NCBI GenBank assembly: GCA_963924565.1
Contig: OZ004611.1
Span: 15,128,001-15,192,000 of the forward strand
DNA from: Ascidiella aspersa
Lineage: Eukaryota
Length of the DNA: 64,000 nucleotides
Direction: 5' to 3'
In this document: piece by piece, positions 38,590 to 51,200 of the stretch
Position numbering within the stretch: the first letter of the stretch is position 1
How the letters are laid out: each line of letters begins with the position of its first letter
Translations under genes and position numbers: made by a program
Notes under the pieces: generated by a model
What the model was told of the DNA's origin: nothing
Seen by the model: only the letters and a program-made list of their open reading frames with translations
Databases searched by the model: none

Positions 38590-38916
38590 GAGATTGATCG
38601 GGGCAAGAGGACATTTAATTGAGACTCATTAATCTACCCACTTGCTACATAAGTCTGTGCAGTTAACAGAAACTAATGACAAGTCATAAACATTAGATCC
38701 TTAATCTTGTTTCGTGTTTGCGTCTATACCCATTGGTTAATTTCAGATCTAGAATTTGCAGCATCACCGCTAAAATCTAGTGTTGTAATATCGGCTTCAA
38801 AATATTCCTTACATTTTTCCACGAATTCCTGTCGCAATGCGAATTAGGCGTCGGGAAATAGTTTGTTTGCTGTTTCCAAGTGCTTTCTTTTGATGCGTTA
38901 ATTTTTTTCGTAATAT
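38590..38916 (-). pseudogene. Serpin (intracellular/clade-B-like) gene fragment
   Basis: LETANKLFPDA*FALRQEFVEKCKEYFEADITTLDFSGDAANSRSEINQWV*TQTRNKIKDLM (s2A-hE-s1A-hF region); later QLNVLLPR. Two stops. Confidence 0.85.
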
Positions 38917-39057
38917 CTAGGTTAAATGACAAATCATTTCAAATGTGAAAGTTTTATTTAATAATTCCAACCAATATTTTATGTGTCCATAGGGGACCAA
39001 AAACTTAGTTGGGTTTTATTTTAGTTTTAAAATATCATAAATAGAGCATCTCCAACC

Positions 39058-39880
39058 TACCTTTTCCGATTTCTAAACTATCTTCTTTCCATTTTGTTGA
39101 AGGTCCTGCCTCTGCAATAATCAAGCTTAATTGACACAAAATTTATAAACAGTTAAGATGTGGCAACAATTCCATAAACTAATGTTATCACACCTGTCAT
39201 AGTTGTGGAAACACTTTGCCCCTCCATAGGCTCTTGAGTTCCATCTGAAAATCAAATATAAAAAAGGTAAATCACAAATAAGTTTGACCAAGTAAAGTTA
39301 AATATTATAATAATTAAAATATAGTTTTGACCTTAACAGTGAATCAAATGCCACCTTTGTGTAAGGTAAATACAAAACATGTTACACAAATTGATACCTA
39401 AAACTATATTAAGGTTTAATCTTTGGAGCATAATGGTTGGAGGTTGTAGTAAGACGTAATAAGAATATCAAAGCCCATACAGAAGTAGGTATGTATCATT
39501 TTGGACGTTTCGAATAACTCTTTATTCATTTTCAACATGTTGAGAATGAATAAAGAGTTATTCGAAACGTCCAAAATGATACCTACTTCTGCATGGGCTT
39601 TGATATTGTTATAAGGTTTAATCTGTTTTTGCATGCCACTCTTTTGAAGACAAGGTGAAATGTCACATTCTTCAGTTAAAAAACGGGCCGGCCGGCCTCT
39701 TTCTTTTCCTCACATCTTTATCCTCATTTGAATCAAGATTTGAAGTCTCCTCTGCCAGTATGCATTTTCTTAAAGAATACTTGAAGTCCTTTCTGGCATT
39801 ACGACATGATACAAAAGTACCACAATATAGAGTTATAGACACAAGGACCGATTGACAACACTGGTAAAGATGCTGATTAA
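39058..39880 (-). pseudogene. Degenerate spliced exons resembling the N-terminal part of a CACTA accessory (DUF4806-type) ORF
   Basis: LRKCILAEETSNLDSNEDKDVRKRKRP at ~39775-39690; small AG/GT-bounded exons at ~39194-39244 and ~39061-39111. Confidence 0.4.
39422..39611. mobile_element. 190-bp head-to-head PLE-B insertion made of two back-to-back hammerhead motifs
   Basis: Palindrome centred on CAACA|TGTTG (39537/39538); arms match 27219-27331 and 30186-30260; 12-bp TSD TAAGGTTTAATC (39410-39421, 39612-39623). Confidence 0.92.
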
Positions 39881-40609
39881 CCTAAAAACAACAGGATTCT
39901 CTAATTACATGCACAATGTTTTTTACTACACAATATTTAGACTGACTGCGAACTGCTTTAGTTGCTTATTTGTGTCAATACATCAACTATGCCTGTTAAC
40001 TCCTTTTAGCGCTTAACTAAAAAAGGCGGGAAGTTACAAAATTGACTATTGCGACACATCATGACGTAATAATAGAAAAACATCTCAACCAGAGGAGAAA
40101 AAGGCAAAACATGGTGGCGTACGGCCAGCATAACCTAGTTAATAATGTATCAGATGATATCGCGGCTTGTTTTTCCTTTACTTTGCTTGTTCTTTTTAAA
40201 CCAACTGATCGACTATAAACAAAAAAAACAATTTTTTTTAAGAATTTAAAAAACTTTTAAATACAGCTTACAAAAATTTTTTATCAAAACCAAAATTAAG
40301 ACGCCTTGCAACATGGCGAACACGTTCGGAAAATCGTAATTTATTTAACATAATATCAGCGTAAACATGCTAAAGGCGATTTTAAAGGCCTATACGCAGC
40401 ATTCAAACATGACTACAATATGAATTTCTTTAGAAAAGTCGTCACTAACAAGCCAATTTCTGATTTCTTTATAATTTCACACTGTTCTGAAAACACAGAG
40501 CATACAGGTCGTAACTTGAAAAAAGTGATGATTTTAATTTGATTATACAGTTAAGCAAAAGTTGCGTTCAACAAACCCGTTTGAAATGAAAATTGTTTAC
40601 TGCTTAAAC

Positions 40610-41023
40610 CCGGGAGTCTAACCGGAACTTTATAAACCGGTTTTGGAACGATTTTAAGGAGCTGAACCGGATCTGAACCAAATAATTTGAGGTTAACAAA
40701 AGCGGTTCACTCCAGCATGACGTCACAACTTGTATTTTAAATAGTCGAGTTATGCGATGTTTAAAATTTTATGAACAAATTTGAATATTGATTAAAAAAA
40801 CGTTTATTTTTTTATTTTTTAGATATTTCAATGAGTTGCTGTTTTTTTAAAACGTCACGTAACTTCGATTGAATGACTTAATATGAAACCGGAACTTTAT
40901 GAACCGGTTTTGAAATAACGATGGTCGAACGGGAGCTGAACGGGAGAGCTGAACCGGAACTGTACCGTTTTCCGAAAAACGCCTTGAACCCGAACCGAAA
41001 AAGTCAAACGGTTGGACTCCCTG
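40610..41023. mobile_element. hAT-like MITE with AACCGG subterminal repeats
   Basis: TIR CCGGGAGTCTAACCG / CGGTTGGACTCCCTG; many GAACCGG/AACCG repeats; TSD degenerate (GCTTAAAC/GTTCATAC). Confidence 0.75.
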
Positions 41024-41369
41024 GTTCATACTGGGAAGTCGCGCGCGCCCCGTGGAGAAAAATGCACGCAGTTGGACGCCGCTATTGTTTGGCGACCGTT
41101 TACTTCCTAGTTTCAAGGCAAGAAAGCTCACTGCAGCACGCTAGAAGCAAAAATTGCATCACACACACACTTACCTAAAATCGGTGAACTGAAGGCTTCC
41201 TTTCTGTTTAAGAGTGGCATTTAATAGAATAGCGTGTTGTAAATTATCGCATTTATCTGCGTGGCCGTAAAAATATAATTCACATAAATATGATATGAGG
41301 TTTTTCCAAGTTAGTTTTTCATCTATATTAAGTCTAAAGTCCAAGATATTTAGTAACGCCTGTTTTGGT

Positions 41370-42600
41370 AATTATTTTTGTTTGTACATTGTAAAGGATT
41401 TGTTTCTGGTAAGTCATTAACATATAGTTGAAATAAAAGTGGAGATAAAATACTGCCCTGTGGCAAGCCATAGGTTGGTGTTCTGGGTTTTGATATTATT
41501 CCATTAACTTTTGTGCATTGTTTTCTTCCAGAAATAAAACGAATTAGCAGTTCCAATGGTCCACCCCTAAGGCCATAGTTTTGTAATTTGTGTTCCAGAA
41601 TTTGATGGTTTATTGTGTCAAAAGCTTTTGATAAGTCCATAAATACGGTGCAGTGATATGTTTGTCTGTCTAGGTAGGCTGTGTAAAATATTTTCATAAA
41701 AGTCTGCTATGAGAATATCTGTGGAATGTTTTTGGCGAAACCCAAATTGGTACTTTGTTACTGTTTTATTTCTCTTTAGAAAACTTAACATTTGTTGTAG
41801 TAGAATTTTTTCAAATAGGTCGAAAATCAGAACATTTATTAGGGGTTGTAATCTTAAGTATTGGTGTTTGAGGAAAGTAGAACAAAATGACGCAGTCATT
41901 GTATAGAGCAGCAGTTAAATGTGGTGTTATAACTTCAACAGCCATTTTTATAAATCGTACTGGAATGTGGTGCGGGCCCTCTGATTTTTTATTATTAAGT
42001 TGTTTTATCTGTATTCATCAAGTTCTGTTATAGGGGCAAGGAAAAGGGAGTTTGAGTAGGGAATGTTGTAAAAAATCACTAAAATGTTGTTGTGTCGGTT
42101 CAATATTGTCTGCCAAAGTTTTCCCAATAGTTGAGAAGTGTTTGTTCATTTGCTCTGCTATTTCCTGGTGGTCTGTAATTAGCTTCCCATCTTGTGTAAT
42201 GCTGTTTATGTGTTTTGTTAATTATTTTTATGGTTGACCAAGTCTGTGTTGATGATTTACTTTCTTGTAGTTGTTTTTAAGTACTGTTGTTTGTTATTTG
42301 TTTAATTTGAGTTAATTTTTTGCTATACTTTTTGTATTTTGCATCTGTAGCACTCTCGAAAATTAAGTATTGCTTTAGTTATCCAGGGCTTTTGTTTAAG
42401 TTTTTTTCACTTCTGGTAAATGATCTTAAAGGAGCATGTTCAGTGAGAGTACTTGTGAATATATTAATGAATGATGTGGAAATTCTTATCAAGGTCTTGT
42501 TTTGTTAAGTGAGATAAACTTGTCTGCTTTAAAATTTTCCGCATTAAAGTGTCGCATAGATCGAATAGGTAGTAAAGTTTGATTTATTTGTGGACTTTTC
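41370..42600 (-). mobile_element. CR1/L2-type LINE ORF2 remnant
   Basis: QFGFRQKHST, VFMDLSKAFDTINHQIL..YGLRG, YGLPQGSILSPLLFQLYVNDLP; frameshifted. Confidence 0.88.
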
Positions 42601-42899
42601 TTTAATATTTTATTGAAACAGATAAAACATAAAATCTTTCAGAAATATATTACGCCTATACGTCAGTTTCTGCACAAAAAACAAACAAGTAAAAATGCCG
42701 ATATTGGTAGTAGTTAAGAAGTAAAATATATAAAATTAAAAATTGTAGGATTGCGTATATAGGTCTAAAATCATAATACACCTGCAGACGTCACACGTCA
42801 GATGTAAAAGTAACAATTAGCATCAAGCGAAAACGTGAAAAAACGGAAAGAAAGATAAAAAAGCACGAAACTGCCAAGTATGTTATCAAACGCTGTCGC

Positions 42900-43600
42900 A
42901 GAGCAAGCCCCGAGCAAAAACATTACCTCACGCGTGGTAGTATCATTGTTTGGATATTTATTTCGGCTTTGATTTTATTAAGACATTTATCTTCAAAAAC
43001 ATCCAAAAGACTGACGGCGGCATTTGTACAAATACAACAACAAAAACATTGGTGTAAGGGCGGCTTTCTTTGCAATGTGGTAGTATGTTGTTGACCCATC
43101 TGCATAGAGTGCCGTAAGAGCGCAGCTCGGTCGTTGTTGGCCAAATAATCAAATGTCTTCCAAGTTGTTGCTCGATGAGCATTTACATCGCGTTGAAAAC
43201 TTGGTTTTAGTTTGACCGACATACTGCTTGTCACACTTATTGCAGGTGGTGGGGCCACATAAATCACACGTCAAATTTTGACGTAGCTGCACACTACCTG
43301 TAGGTGTACTTAAAACGGAGTGTGTGGTACTACTACCATGGTTTGGTGTTTTCCAAAACTGCCACAAAGACCACATGAACTCTAAGAATTAATTTTATTG
43401 CCATCCTTTAAAATTTGTGAGAAAACGTATGCGTTGCAGGCAAAGGGCTCTCCATCGCTTTATCCTTTTGGGTTAACGAAATGCGCGCTTGCCGTCGGTT
43501 ATCTTATAATAAAACCTTTTGGTGAGCTTTTTGTCATAATATGATTGACATCGAGAAATTCCAGCCTTTTCTTCTTCTTCAGTTGAAACCGTTCTAAACG
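42900..43600 (-). mobile_element. PLE family C 3' remnant (GIY-YIG)
   Basis: LEFLDV, TCNKCDKQYVGQTKTKFSTR, AHRATTW, LDVFEDKCLNKIKAEIN. Confidence 0.7.
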
Positions 43601-43774
43601 TAAGAGAGAGGTCGTAATTTGTATCTGTCTTGTGTTGTCAGTTTCCCTAAAAGTGTTTCTCAGCTTATATGGATATGATGTGCAAGGTGCGTATTTATAA
43701 TTTATCTCAGATAACACTACATTACAAAAGTAGGGTACAATTAAAAAACAAGAGTCTTTTATAAAGTTGGTTAA

Positions 43775-44224
43775 CACAGTTAAAGCAGCATATTGTCTTC
43801 ACATATAAGTTAGTTATTCGTGTTAAATATCAAATAATAAAAGGTGAGCCATTTTCATCGACGTAAATTTCTAATGAAACTAAAATTAAAATTTTGATAG
43901 TTTTTAGTTCATATATGAGCAGGTTTTGTTTAGGATCATCCTTTACAACTTAAAACGAAAACTATTTATTTAAGTTGATTTTTTATGTATGGTAATTGTT
44001 TCATACCTCTCGTTGTGCGTCGTCGCCGTCTCCCAGATGGTAGTGCAGTGGTTCTCAAAGGGCGCCACTTGCTCATTTGGGGGATGAAAAGTGGATGAAA
44101 ATGGCTCTTTTATATTTGATAATTATAACACGTAAACTAACTGCTCAAAGTTTAAATGGGAACGTCTACTTACTATACTACTTAAAGTTAGCTTTATGTG
44201 AACACAATATGCTGCTTAACTGTG
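43775..44224. mobile_element. TTAA-flanked MITE (piggyBac-like)
   Basis: ~40-bp imperfect TIR CACAGTTAA(A)GCAGCATATTGT..TTCACATA; TTAA on both flanks. Confidence 0.7.
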
Positions 44225-44247
44225 TTAATCTACGTCATAATAGACTC

Positions 44248-47200
44248 TGTTCGTCACAGTAAGCACAGTTGAAACTCGCACCTTGCCCTAACGCACAGAG
44301 ACGAAAAGTCTTCAAATCTTGTTTAATGACGCCTAGTTCATTCAGTACACAAGTAGAAACGAAGCACTTTCACGTAGCATCAAAGGACGAAGCACGGTTT
44401 CTAAGCAAGAAAGTCAACTTCAAAGCAACGCACATAAACGCATTTACAGAGTAAATTAAAACTTAGCATTTATTTTTGCGACACAGGTCTATTCAATTTC
44501 AGTCTTTATTTTACAGTTATACTTTTTTAACACATATTTCAACAATTAGTAACTTAGCAAAGGTACAGCACAGCTTACTTAACAAACTTATTTGGCAAGT
44601 GAACGGCAAACATAGCAATTGAGATAACAAAGACAATTCCGAAACCATTATTACGTCGGGTTACTGTTACGTAGGCTAGTAAACAACAAGACTGCTATAA
44701 CATGAACGTGGAGATGTAACATACCCCCACCTAAATGTATGTACCAGGATAAAAATACATTTCAAAGGTAACGATTCAATTACTCGTCGGAGTCAGCGGC
44801 GACAATCAAACAGAGTTTTGCGATTGGCTGTTTCATACGGCTGTGCCGCGTCTGAACGAGCACCGAACGAACATTTTCCGTTTTGTCGGGAAACGTATTC
44901 GCAACGCGACCCATTCTCACCTGGAACATGGCTGCGAGATATATGGCTGCCATTGATCTGGAAGTCCCTCCTTTCCACGAACCACTTCTGTCTGGAAATG
45001 ATGCTCGGCAGGTGATGATGCACTTTCGTACCCAGCGAACCAGGAACTGGTTCGCCAAGTACTGAACCTGCGCCCATATCTACGTCGTACGTAGCAGTCC
45101 TTTTTGTCGAACATTCCGGGAGGTAAATTCGAGTTCGATCTCATGAGCAAAGAGATGGATAGGTGTGATCGGCTCGTCATCAGCGTTTCATCAGAAACAA
45201 TTTGCTGAGTCATCAAGGAAGTCAGGATTTTCCGAATCGAACGCGCACCATGCGCCACCCATGTGGCTGGCCATCGGAGGATTGAATGACCAATGAATTC
45301 CACGTTGCCGGAGGTCGCCTTCTATCTGGCAACGATTCCATGACTCGATAGATCCTCTCAAAATTGAGTAAATTCGAACAGGACTCCCTCGCCGACCAAT
45401 GAAACGACGAAGTGCGTCAATAAACGAGTCTGTCGATAGGCTGTGTGGGACTTCGATGATAACAGCGCGAATTGTCAAACAGGTGAACACCACTCCGTAT
45501 CGCTTGACAATGCTTCGCCCTTGCTTCACTGGAAAGGGCCCGAAATAGTCCACGCCGACGGCAAGTCGGCCATTATTTGCACTCCAACAGCAGCATTCCG
45601 TCGCTTACAGAAGACAATTGCCAATTACACGGCGTACAGCAACGCCGCCTTTAATAATCCAGAACTTCTGGCGTAACGAACACCAGGTGTGTCCCATTCT
45701 AGAATGACAGACAAGGCCATGGTGCCTTTTGATTATAAGGTCGGTGAGCATCAAGCGGAATCAGTGCCCTTTCCAGCCGACCTCCAACTCGAAGCACAGA
45801 ATCAATGAGAATTGGGGGTTCAGCTTGAACATATGACATTTTTGACCCCTTTTCTAATGCAGCGAGCTCGGGACTGAAATGCTTCCGCTGCACGTATATT
45901 TGATCACTTCCTCAGCACCGTTCAATTCGTCCACCGACAATCCATATTTTGCAATGACGATGTCGTCACGTCGAACACGCGACAGAAGATACCGCTTGTA
46001 CCGAAGCAACCATGCAATGCTTTTTTTCAGACCGTGCAACGAGGAATATTTATTAATGATCCTGTCCACAACATATCGCTTTTCCACAACCAAATTAACG
46101 GACACCTCATGTTTCCTTACAGCGTTAAAGTCGGTCGGTAAGTCATGAGAAACGACTGGACTTTCTGGCCAGTGTCTTTTTTTCATGTTCCCACAAAAAT
46201 TGTGGACCATGGTTACCAGCGGCCAGACGTCAACAAAGCCTCTGCCGTCAAACCACGCGACGCTTCGTCTGCTGGATTTAGTTTCGAGGGAACGTGTTCC
46301 TCCAGTTTGATAAATCACTATGTCTTTCAATTTTTGCAACTCGATTAGCAACAAAAGTAGAAAAAATCTTTTCTGCGAATTGCGAATAGTTTGCAGTACA
46401 GCAGTCGAGTCCAAAACACCGTTAGGCTTAATGGCAAATCGAGCTCTCGTCGCATCATTTTATCCGGCTTTACAGAGAAACAGCGGCTGTCAATTCCAAC
46501 CGAGGGATCGACGCAGTCTTTAATGTCGAGAACAAGAAACACGCAATACACATCTGTTAGTCTGAGGTAACGGCACCGTACGCCACCGAAGATGCGTCTG
46601 CGAAGTGGTGCAATTCCCAGCCTTTCACTTCACCAATTTCGGATGGCTCGAAGCAACACGAGAGCCACTCTTTCCAATGTGTGCCTCCTCTAAATCTGAA
46701 ATGCGATCGTCCCAACCAAGACCTCTTTTACACAGGTTCTGAAGCAGAAGTTTAGCGCCGAGTGTGCACGGTGCCGCAAATCCAAGCGGGCCGTAAAGTG
46801 AGCTTAATGCCGACAAAATTTCACGACGAGTTAACGGGGTAACAACGGGTAGTATATCTTCTTGCACGTTCCAGTGAACTCCAAGAACGCGATTATACTC
46901 ACGTCGTCATTAAAGAAGCCTTGATTTCGTACAACCTTTGACTTCTCTTCGTCCGGAATTTGGGATTGAATCTCTTGGTGTTGCTTAACCATTTCGTCAA
47001 GTGGTCCTCCACGGGACAGCAACTCTGATAGCTGCTTCGACAACCGGATTCCTTCCTCCAGCTGACGTTAAGCAATAATCATCAACGTAAAATGTTTTCT
47101 TTACCATGGCAGACGTTTGAGAATCGAAATTGTCACCGAAATCTTTAGCTGTCTGTTTTAAGCAAAAGCTCGCACAACTTGGGGATGACGTAGCTCCGAA

Positions 47201-47860
47201 CAGGTGGACAGTCATTTGGTTGGTGCGTGATGGGATCCTTCGTCAAATCTCCACCCGGCCACCACAGAAATTCTAAGGCTTTTTGGTGCAACACGAACCT
47301 GATGAAATAGATTCTATATCGGCCACCAAGGCAAATCGTTCCTTACGAAACCGAGTAAGGACGCCGCCGATTAAGCTGTTTACAAGATCCGGGCCCTGCA
47401 TTAGTTCGTCGTTCAGAAAAGTCCCCTTATGCTTAGCCGGCAAAAACCACCGCATCACAACCGTTCTTCCCCTCTTCCTGGGGAATTTTTTTAGCATACC
47501 CTTTATCGATATATGACTGCACCGTATTCACGTAACTTTCCTTCAGTCCAACATCTCGTTCAAGGCGTCGCTTGAGGTGTGCCAAGCGCCGCACAGCCGT
47601 TTCGTTTTCGAAATCAGTCTCCCACAGGCAGGCGATTTGCTCCTCCTGCAAGCATTTCTTTTTGCTGTTTTTGAGTCGAGGGGCTTCGCCACTCTTACGG
47701 ACTACACCGAAGATTCTACTCCTCAGACGAAATGTAGTTCAATCGCTCGAGCCCCTGCATCTCGTCGATCGAACTTTACGGAGGAGACTAAACAGGAGAT
47801 CTCCACTCTTCGGGGCATTAAATCCAACGCCGGAAGAGAGCACAACCATCAGCTGGGCAG
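44248..47860 (-). mobile_element. BEL/Pao LTR retrotransposon, 5'-truncated and frameshifted; putative 3' LTR 44248-44721
   Basis: [95 protein letters not shown]. Polypurine GGTGGGGG followed by TGTTAC at 44721; AACA end at 44248. Confidence 0.88.
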
Positions 47861-48229
47861 AAGATATGTATGATGCATTTATTTCTGCCACAGTATATAC
47901 ACGGGGTATAGTTTTGTAAAAACTGTTCTTTGTGTGGGGTACTCTATGTCTTGTCTAAAATTTTGAGAATTCTACGATGTATACTTTTTCTATAAAGCTT
48001 CGGACAAAAATCTAAACAAGATATGTCCCGAAACGAAATTTGTGATAAAGTTTTGAACACACCATTAGACGAAAGTGTTGCACTTGTCACGGAAAAAGCA
48101 GTTTTATGGTTTTACTATCTCGTACATTTCTAATTACTTATTTTTCCAGGCATGTTGCACAACATAATACTATAGTTTATCAGGCAATCACTATTACTTG
48201 CGTGGTGTCGGGTTAAACGCGCAGTTACT

Positions 48230-51200
48230 TTCGCTTAGGCATATCGTGATAAATGTAGGGTCGTGGTAGCTGTAGAAAGTTGAGAGAACACCGGTGTGAG
48301 CTCGATCAATGTTGAGGGTATATTATATGTGTGGTCAAGCAAGGTTCCGTCAGTGGTTGTGTGATGTGTTGTTCATACTTGTGACTTTTAAAAGCTGAGT
48401 TAAATGGATGCGTCGTGGTTGTTTGTGACAAAACATCTTCATTAAAATCACCCAAAACAACAACTTTTTGCTTCTTTTAGTGGAAAAACTCTTGAAGGTT
48501 TATTCACAACACAATTTAGAATGAATTCTGATCCTGACGAGTCTTGAAAGTTCGAGTGAAATGTTATCAGATAGCCACGAATACTGGTGTTTCGAAATTC
48601 GTTGAAATGTTTTACTAGGGATTGAGTAGTGATGAGGAACTTTGAAATGAACGCCGTGAACGTCATTGAAAGGTTCATAAATATTAAGAACTTCCATGCT
48701 ATTATATCAAGAGAATTACAAAAATATCTGCACTGGTGTAAATCGTAGAGGGGTCAAAAAGGTTTTGATGAAAAGCCCGTTTATGATAGTTACTCTGCTT
48801 AAGGCTACATCCCATTCCTTACAAATCCCTGCCATATTCCAGTTTTACCGTTGTTGAATTAGTTTTTTTTGTATAAACCTACTTTGCTATTGTCAAAAAA
48901 AAATTCTACTAATTCAGGCAAATCAATTTTCACAACAGTGCCCATAACACCGTTAACCAAGCCATCATTGACGTCAATGTTGCAAACTATCATTACACGT
49001 GCTCCAAGAAGGGTAACGCTATCAGGTAATGGGGGCCTTTCATATTTGTAGTATTTTACAAGACATTTGCTTTGAAGAAAGTTGTTGGTCAAGCATTTTT
49101 CGATTATGTTTATCAACCCCTGCGTTTGTACTAAAAATGTGTAAACATTTTTTTTTGATATGAAGGATGATACTGACGGCTTCTCCTTTGGTCAGTGGAC
49201 AACTCACATTCTCTCTTTTTATCTTGGTCCGTAACCTGTTTAAAATAAGGGTGAATTGGTCATCCTTCTGGCGCTTAATTTCTGTGAGTTCCACTTTTTT
49301 TAAATTAATCCAGATATCCGGAGGAAGGGCTGCGTTGTCATCTAGTAGATTTTTTCCAAGGTATCTGCCAGCAAACATCAAGCAGAAACATTTCGTACAG
49401 TGTTTTTACCTCATCTATAATTATGATTTGCAAAGAACAAAATTTCGTCGCAAATCAGTTAATTTTTGCTCTCCAAGAGGTTGTTGATACTGTGGACCTG
49501 GCTTTGTTATTCAATGAATTATTGTTCCCCCTGAAGTAAATTGCACTTATTAGTGAAATAGATACCGCCTATTGCAAATGCTAGGGAAAAATACTTTCAC
49601 AATTGGTTTAAATTTAAGGAATTACTATAGAGTTCCATATTAAAAGCTGCTGTTCCTGTAAAAACAGTCAACAAAGTACAGTTTTGCTGTATCTGGAAAC
49701 TCAACCATGTGGCTGAACAACAACTGTTGACTTTCGTGATATATGTATGCATTTTATCAACTGGCTTTTTCCTGATCATGATATACATGGGATGGTCGTC
49801 AACAATACCTGCTCCTCCAGTAATAAACATATGGATGAATTGATTTAGGATTACTTTACGTTAGTTAATGCGTTGTATTTGGGAATTTCATCATGACGAA
49901 TTGTGAAATTGCAACTGATTTTTCATCGATAACAATGCCACCGGAGTGAAAAAACTCTTCGTATAAATTATATTGGGTTGGCAGAACCAAGCCGCGATGA
50001 GGTAAGTAAAGGCGAAGTAAATTCAAATAATACTTTTCCGGATCTCTTTGTCTTTGTGGAATTTGGGAAATCTTATTACAGCCTTTTATCTTTTTTTAAC
50101 TGATGCTAATCCATTTTGAAGTTGAAAACCTTGTGTGACCCTGATTGGATGATACCGTCGTACACAACCAGAATCCGTAGCCACAACCATCCTTGAGGAT
50201 TGCTGAAGATGCAAACCTATGACCGACCCTGTACGTCCGGTATTTGTTGCCAAGAGTACGAAGTTCAGTAATTGCATCCAAATTATCTTAATTTGCCTCT
50301 TTTTGGGCTTGCTTTCAGCTTTCGTTACGTACGAGATGATAATGCACATAACGCAGCTCTGTAGGGGTCTGTAATATATTGAATGGGCCGTTCCAAGCTC
50401 GAAGCAACTCTTCTGGAGATTGTAAGCTTTCATAATACTGACTTATTGTTGCCAAGAGTACGAAGTTTAGTAATTGCATCCAAATTATCTTCCTTTGCCT
50501 CATTTTGGGTTTGTTTTCAGCTTTTGTTACGTACGAGATAATGTACATAACGCAGCCTGTAGGGGTCTGTAATATATTGAATGTCCATCTTGCCGTTCCA
50601 AGCTCGAAGCAACTCTTCTGGAGATTGTAAGCGTTAACCCAGCATTATTCTAACGGATCACGCTTTAAAATTATAGTCTCCTTTTTAGTGAGTATATTCA
50701 TAGAAAACTCGCTGAAAATATTACTCCAGCTTCCTAAAATTTAAATTATTTGTTATATTTCAGTGTAACATTACTATAATCAACGTTCTGCTTTGCAAAG
50801 AATAACATTGATAACATTTAAAATAAAATCAGCATCTATAGTTTTTGATTGGAAGTTGTGTTCCTTTCTTCTTCATAATTTTGAAGTACGCCACCCCACG
50901 TACATTATTTAATATTTATTAAAGTAAAACGCACAATATTATATTTAGTCATGGTAAAGCTCAGTACGATAGAAAAAATGAATAGTTTCTCCGATTGTTT
51001 GTGATTCGGACGTCGTTGAAAAAAATGATGAACTCGTTGATCAAACATACGGGCGGCAGTTATTGGGTTACTTGCGATTAGTTTGCAATATATTTCCCAG
51101 TTAAATTCTTTAGGAACATCCTTCCATTGTTGTTTACAAAAAATGGCTTGGACCAGCTCAGGCCCTGTCTGTAGCTAAACAACTTGCAAAAAAAGTTTGA

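Noticed and set aside
32240-40450. One large CACTA element spanning the DUF4806 fragments and the serpin
   Set aside because: ACGT-rich subterminal-like repeats are present near 32270-32560, but no matching TIR pair or TSD could be found. Kept only as a hypothesis in the serpin finding.
42775-42810. Hammerhead in PLE family C
   Set aside because: The minus strand has CTGACG..TGACGTC but no intact CUGANGA/GAAA core or helix II.
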